Shown: in pieces, positions 15,413 to 20,000 of the stretch
Layout of the letters: the number at the start of each line of letters is the position of its first letter
Numbering within the stretch: the stretch's first letter is position 1
Origin: an uncultured virus (IMG/VR IMGVR_UViG_3300025098_000028)
Lineage: Duplodnaviria; Heunggongvirae; Uroviricota; Caudoviricetes
DNA: 20,000 bases
IMG/VR virus record: IMGVR_UViG_3300025098_000028
Strand: one strand, 5' to 3'
Notes under the pieces: generated by a model
Seen by the model: only the letters and a program-made list of their open reading frames with translations
Told to the model about the DNA's origin: nothing
Databases searched by the model: none
Made by a program: the position numbers and the translations under genes

Positions 15413-15807
15413 AAAAGAAAGCAATAACAGTAACACTACCTGCTCCACACAAATCACAAATCAAATGCCCTATTTGCGAGGGTAATAAGTGCCATGTTTG
15501 TAAAATGACGGGAACGCTAAAAATAGATGTAGCCCCGAAAATACCAATTCAAAGAGCGCATATTGTCAAGTATGTTGTAGATAATATTCATGACATAGCG
15601 GGGGAGATAACTAGGATGTATGGATTAGTTCCGGAAATCAACACACAAGAAGTAATTGTTGTTAATGAAGGGCAATATGAGGTAGTCCAAGTATCTTCTT
15701 TAGGTGGAGCATGTTGGGTAGTAAATAGATTAGATTCTTTAGAATCACCAAGATACTTCAAGTCTAGGAGTGAACTAGATAAATTCAAACAGGGGTGGAT
15801 GAATTGA
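15409..15807 (+). CDS. Zinc-finger protein (CxxCxG..CxxC..G)
   Basis: CPICEGNKCHVCKMTG; TTG start overlapping the upstream TGA. Confidence 0.75.
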   Translation: MKKKAITVTLPAPHKSQIKCPICEGNKCHVCKMTGTLKIDVAPKIPIQRAHIVKYVVDNIHDIAGEITRMYGLVPEINTQEVIVVNEGQYEVVQVSSLGGACWVVNRLDSLESPRYFKSRSELDKFKQGWMN

Positions 15808-15998
15808 CTCTAGAAAAAATAGGTTCTATTATTAGAAATGAAAAGATAGAATATGTTGTTAAAAAAGGCAGATGGACAATCTACGATGTAATAGACATAA
15901 GACAACATGAAAACGATAAACCCTCGGTAAGAGGTCTTCGCCTAAATAGAGACGAAGCAAAATTACTATTACAGATATTAAAAGAGGAATTAGAATGA
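15795..15998 (+). CDS. PC4/YdbC-like ssDNA-binding protein (true start may be TTG 15804)
   Basis: VIDIRQH...KPSVRGLRLNRDEAKLL matches the PC4 D-I-R...P..KG-I-x-L motif. Confidence 0.7.
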   Translation: MDELTLEKIGSIIRNEKIEYVVKKGRWTIYDVIDIRQHENDKPSVRGLRLNRDEAKLLLQILKEELE

Positions 15999-16276
15999 CA
16001 GAAAGAGAGATACACAAAAGATTAAGTGAAGTACAAGCAAAGAAAAGTGTTCGTAAAGCAAACAAAGACCGACAATATGCTCACGGAGCATTACCTAAAT
16101 TTATAGGTTGTTCTAGTAAAATAGTAGATTTATTTGCTAAATATGTAGAACAAGAAATGAAAGTACCTGCCGGTGGCGGTAGGGGTTGTAGGGTTAAAGA
16201 TACCCACATAGAGTTATGTTACGGTAAGTTTTACCAAGCCATGAGAGAATTTATGGATGGTGAACAAAATGAATAA
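15995..16276 (+). CDS. Divergent histone-fold protein
   Basis: Short helix, long helix, then RVKDTHIEL, comparable to the archaeal histone TIKAEDIEL. Confidence 0.5.
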   Translation: MTEREIHKRLSEVQAKKSVRKANKDRQYAHGALPKFIGCSSKIVDLFAKYVEQEMKVPAGGGRGCRVKDTHIELCYGKFYQAMREFMDGEQNE

Positions 16277-16625
16277 GTTATTTTTGATAACCACCAATGA
16301 TAAGAAATTTCATGAGTGGGCTAAGAAAGCAAAGAAGACCCTAAAGGGGCAAGAGACTGCATTAGATGCCTTTAATCAAGCATACGGAGAAGTCTCCGGT
16401 GGTAATTATTTAGTTAGGGCATCTTTTGTTTGTTATTGGGAAATATACACAAGTAACGACTTAGCAAGACTTGCACCCGCTATTACTCAAGCAACTATGA
16501 TTCATATGTTACACAGGTTCGCTGAACAAAATAAATTAGAAGAAGTGCAAGTAGTAGAACAACTGATATCGAACTTTATTCGCCTATTGGTTAATTTAGA
16601 TGGTGAATCTAATGAAGAAGAGTGA
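16257..16625 (+). CDS. Hypothetical protein (start may be ATG 16269)
   Basis: 122 aa ORF; GGTGA precedes the second Met. Confidence 0.7.
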   Translation: MVNKMNKLFLITTNDKKFHEWAKKAKKTLKGQETALDAFNQAYGEVSGGNYLVRASFVCYWEIYTSNDLARLAPAITQATMIHMLHRFAEQNKLEEVQVVEQLISNFIRLLVNLDGESNEEE

Positions 16626-16782
16626 ATGGATTTACTTAGCAAACGCTATGTGGACATATTCAGAAAAGAATGAAGGTGAGATATCCCGCCTTCTAAAAGA
16701 AGTGGTTATTAGATTAAATAAAAATATGGAAGTGATTATAGATGACATGGGAAATAATGAGCCGAATGTTAGAATCAAATGA
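16600..16782 (+). CDS. Small hypothetical protein
   Basis: Fills the gap between neighbours; GGTGA SD before the internal Met. Confidence 0.55.
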   Translation: MVNLMKKSEWIYLANAMWTYSEKNEGEISRLLKEVVIRLNKNMEVIIDDMGNNEPNVRIK

Positions 16783-18274
16783 TTCTATCGCACAAACACA
16801 GCAAATAAATGGAATAGTTAGAAGTTTGAAAATGTCAGTATTGACTCCAAGTGGAGTATTGCCTATATTAGATAAAGATAATTTGCCAAGCAATAATATT
16901 GGATTATCTAGGGCAAAGAAATGGCTAGCAAAAATCTTTCAAGTCTTTGAAAGTGAAATTGATGGTCTTTATGCCGCACATAATTGCTTAGGTTCCGCTA
17001 TTTATTATTTAGAGCCTTCAGCAGAATATAAAAAACAGTATTCTCTAAAACAGATATATAATTTATTAATAATGGACACCGGAACGATTGATTCTAATTG
17101 CTTCAAACTACTAGAGGAAATACTACCGAATATGTCTGCTAATGCTAGACAATGGTTTGTTAGATATTGGATTAGGAAACCTAGAAATGGAATCAACGAG
17201 GGAATAGTAACTAAAATACTGGCCAAGCACTACAATAAACCTGTAAAAGAAGTTAAGAAACATCTTAATTTTAATAGTTTAGATGTAGTGACATCTCATT
17301 ACAATGCTTCGAGAAACCCCCCATGTAATTTAACACACGGTAAATTTGTAAAGCCAATGTTGGCCAAAGAAGTTCCTATGGACAAGTGGCCTACAAATAG
17401 AATTGTAGATTACAAATATGATGGTAATAGATATCAAATACATAAGCAAGGTGATAATGTAATTATCTTCAATCGGAAAGGTTCTATTGTTACACCACAG
17501 TTTCAAGATGTAGTAGAATCAGTTAGAGAATATTATGTTGATTGTATTCTAGACGGAGAGATTTATCCAATTAAAGATGATGGTTCACCTGCTGAACATA
17601 AACTAATGGGAACAAGAGTCCATTCTAAGAACCATGCAGAAGCAAGAGAAAGGGTCGCTGTTAAATGGGTTATTTTTGATTGCCTAAAAATCGGATTAGA
17701 AACTATAATGGAATTACCCTACTCTAAAAGAGTGCTAAAAATGTCTAAATTACCCGACCAAGCACACAGAATGGCCGAAGATGGTGACACATTAGCATTC
17801 TATAACCAAGCCATTAATGATGGATTTGAGGGCATCATAGTTAAAGATTCATCACTACCTTATGAAGCAGGAAAGCGAAGTATTGGATGGGCTAAGTATA
17901 AGCCGCCTAGAATAAATCTTGATGTTGTGATTGTTAAGGCTAAATATGGCCAAGGCAATAGGTCAAATGTATTTGGAACATTTGAGATAGCAGTTAAGAA
18001 TGATACTGAATTTGTTTCCGTCGGGAGTGTCGGTTCGGGATTTAGCGATGAAGATTTAATTAAACTAACAAATACATTAAGAAGAAATGTTATTTCGTTT
18101 GAGAATAAAACATTTGAGTTAGCACCTAAAGTTATTCTAGAAGTTACTGCTGATTTAGTTTCTAGAGATGAGAACAATAACTTAGGATTAAGATTCCCAA
18201 GATGTATTAGAATTAGGGATGATAAGTTTGTTGCTGATATTAATACATTAAGAGATGTGGAGGCATTAGAATGA
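16742..18274 (+). CDS. lig: ATP-dependent DNA ligase
   Basis: KPMLA, motif I YKYDGNR, LDGEI, FDCL, EGIIVK, WAKYK, OB domain VGSGFSDEDL and LRFPRCIRIRDDK. Confidence 0.96.
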   Translation: MTWEIMSRMLESNDSIAQTQQINGIVRSLKMSVLTPSGVLPILDKDNLPSNNIGLSRAKKWLAKIFQVFESEIDGLYAAHNCLGSAIYYLEPSAEYKKQYSLKQIYNLLIMDTGTIDSNCFKLLEEILPNMSANARQWFVRYWIRKPRNGINEGIVTKILAKHYNKPVKEVKKHLNFNSLDVVTSHYNASRNPPCNLTHGKFVKPMLAKEVPMDKWPTNRIVDYKYDGNRYQIHKQGDNVIIFNRKGSIVTPQFQDVVESVREYYVDCILDGEIYPIKDDGSPAEHKLMGTRVHSKNHAEARERVAVKWVIFDCLKIGLETIMELPYSKRVLKMSKLPDQAHRMAEDGDTLAFYNQAINDGFEGIIVKDSSLPYEAGKRSIGWAKYKPPRINLDVVIVKAKYGQGNRSNVFGTFEIAVKNDTEFVSVGSVGSGFSDEDLIKLTNTLRRNVISFENKTFELAPKVILEVTADLVSRDENNNLGLRFPRCIRIRDDKFVADINTLRDVEALE

Positions 18275-18708
18275 TAGAAGTAGGAGACATGACAATAATA
18301 GGCACAACAACATACCGTTGTATTAGAATAGATAGTGATAATAATGTCTATCTTAAAAACATATTACATGATAAAGGTAGACCGCTAGTACATATAAGAG
18401 AACTATGCCCTTACATTAAAGATAATGAGTTAGTTATTCCGGAACAACCAAAGAAGAAGAGAATGGTGACTAGAATAAACATATCTAAGATTGTAAAAGA
18501 AAGCACTGAAATGACAGTATCGAATACAGCAAAGCGATTTTTAGTAGAATGGGTAGATACCGCAGTTGCTAATCTAATAGCAAACGGTGAGAAAAATGCT
18601 ATAAGTCGTGGCAAGAAACGAATAACAGCCGCAGACCTTTTTTGGCTAGAAACAAATAATCTACCCGAAGGATATTGGAAAGACAATGAAGTCTATTTTA
18701 AGGAGTAA
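18271..18708 (+). CDS. Histone-fold protein with N-terminal beta-rich extension
   Basis: ISKIVKESTEMTVSNTAKRFL...AISRGKKRITAADL matches archaeal histone RIIK..RVS..A...A..AGRKTI.AED. Confidence 0.8.
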   Translation: MIEVGDMTIIGTTTYRCIRIDSDNNVYLKNILHDKGRPLVHIRELCPYIKDNELVIPEQPKKKRMVTRINISKIVKESTEMTVSNTAKRFLVEWVDTAVANLIANGEKNAISRGKKRITAADLFWLETNNLPEGYWKDNEVYFKE

Positions 18709-18713
18709 TCGCC

Positions 18714-19073
18714 ATGTATGATGATGAAACTATCGTTGAATGGATAGATAGGTATGGTAATGCCACTAGTTTCAACTTCATAGTTTATGGAATAATAAAA
18801 GATGAGGATATTAATATGTTAATGAGAGGAGTAATGTTTCAATTGTTAATGGACAAACAAAGTATCGCTGCCCCATGGATTGTAACAGATGAAATTGATG
18901 AAGAAAAGGCTGTTGCTATGAAAACATTTCAAGGAATGAGCGTATCTTTTGTTTTCGGTGGGGAAGTTCTAATGATAGAAGACACTATCAAGAAATTAGT
19001 TTCGGACGGGTTAGATTACTTGAGATTTAAGAACGAATATTTGGGATATCATTTGTGTGATAGTCATGTATAG
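18714..19073 (+). CDS. Hypothetical protein
   Basis: 119 aa ORF with AGGAG SD. Confidence 0.7.
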   Translation: MYDDETIVEWIDRYGNATSFNFIVYGIIKDEDINMLMRGVMFQLLMDKQSIAAPWIVTDEIDEEKAVAMKTFQGMSVSFVFGGEVLMIEDTIKKLVSDGLDYLRFKNEYLGYHLCDSHV

Positions 19074-19461
19074 TAAAGATATGATAGTAGGAATTCTATT
19101 GAGTAAAGGTAATTTTTGCGTTTCTATCCAAGAAAACAAGAGATATTCCATAGGATATAAAATAAATCCTAGCATAACAATAAGAGGAAACATAAGTTTC
19201 TTACAGGCGATTAGTCGTTCTTTGAAACAACATGCAATAGAGTCCAAGATAAAAGAAAGGGAATCTAACAACAGCCCAAGACCCATATTAAAAATAACTG
19301 GGTTAATTAACATAACAAACACAATAGTGTTAATTCCAGATTTACCTGACGCTAACGATAACTTAGAGGGTTTTAAACAAGCACTAAAAATCATAATTGA
19401 AGGCAAGCATAAACAATTAACTGGATTAGAATTAATAATGAAACTAAAGGGAGTTTTATAA
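19066..19461 (+). CDS. LAGLIDADG-fold protein, degenerate motif
   Basis: IVGILLSKGNFCVSI...YKINPSITI...FLQAISRSL...EGKHKQLTGLELI follows the single-domain LAGLIDADG layout; the catalytic acidic residue is replaced by Lys. Confidence 0.7.
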   Translation: MYSKDMIVGILLSKGNFCVSIQENKRYSIGYKINPSITIRGNISFLQAISRSLKQHAIESKIKERESNNSPRPILKITGLINITNTIVLIPDLPDANDNLEGFKQALKIIIEGKHKQLTGLELIMKLKGVL

Positions 19462-20000
19462 TGGGATTAAAAAATATAAATAAAATAAGAGCAATATTAT
19501 TAGTAGGAAAAACAGGAACGGGTAAAACAACAAAAGCGAAAACATTTGTTAATGACCCTATTATTTTTTATGGTAGTGATGAAATAGATTTTGATTTAGG
19601 TTCATTTCCAGTGGACAGGGGAATCATCATAGAAGACATACATTACAAACCTCGAAAGGATATGATAAAGAATATCATAAGACAGTATCGTGGTCAAGTG
19701 GTTTTAACTTCTATAAATAAAAAATCTGTTAAATGGGTTCACTCTATGTGTCAAGTAAAATTAGCAGGTTCTACTAAGTATTTAGAAAACGAAATAAAAC
19801 AAGTAGCACCGAATAGTGAGCCTCCTATGCTTATGGAAAAGGGAGAGTTTGAATTAATCTATCCATTTATGAAAAGCAAGAATAGAGACAAGATTAAGGA
19901 TTTGCTTCTTTACAATGAGCCGAAAGATTACAGCATACTAAATTTATTAGTCCAAGTATTACACCCGACTAGATTGATTTTGATAGACTCTACTGTAAAG
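19461..20000 (+). CDS. AAA+ ATPase, probable clamp-loader (RFC-like) subunit; truncated by the window end
   Basis: Manual translation MGLKNINKIRAILLVGKTGTGKTT (Walker A)...GIIIEDIH (Walker B-like)...VVLTS; frame open to base 20000. Confidence 0.75.
   Translation, partial: MGLKNINKIRAILLVGKTGTGKTTKAKTFVNDPIIFYGSDEIDFDLGSFPVDRGIIIEDIHYKPRKDMIKNIIRQYRGQVVLTSINKKSVKWVHSMCQVKLAGSTKYLENEIKQVAPNSEPPMLMEKGEFELIYPFMKSKNRDKIKDLLLYNEPKDYSILNLLVQVLHPTRLILIDSTVK

Noticed and set aside
4709..19406. All minus-strand ORFs within the + strand block (e.g. 7726, 8834, 10324, 17860, 19011)
   Set aside because: They overlap recognisable, translationally coupled + strand genes and have the F/L/S/I-rich composition typical of antisense frames.

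Overview
AT-rich, densely packed DNA that reads as part of an archaeal tailed-virus genome, most likely a magrovirus-like virus of Marine Group II/Poseidoniales. The host is inferred from GGTGA/GGAGG Shine-Dalgarno motifs, TATA-type promoters, a TFB homolog, two histone folds, an ATP-dependent ligase, an RFC-like ATPase and a chaperonin. Bases 1-3300 are an accessory region of small genes in mixed orientation. They are separated by six copies of a structured element: a hairpin with a C-AAA-G tip, an ACCATATGGT palindrome, then a hairpin with a C-TTT-G tip. Bases 3370-3750 form a symmetric ATGAG/CTCAT repeat field, a candidate origin. Bases 3810-20000 are a co-oriented, translationally coupled + strand block. 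It encodes an apparently complete ubiquitin-like conjugation set (Ubl ending GG-CE, E1/ThiF, JAB protease, candidate E2), TFB, GroES/GroEL, a PC4-like protein, two histone folds, DNA ligase, degenerate HNH and LAGLIDADG proteins, and an AAA+ clamp-loader-like gene cut off by the window end. A ~205 nt structured RNA candidate lies at 5215-5419. All family calls come from motif recognition by eye, not database searches.
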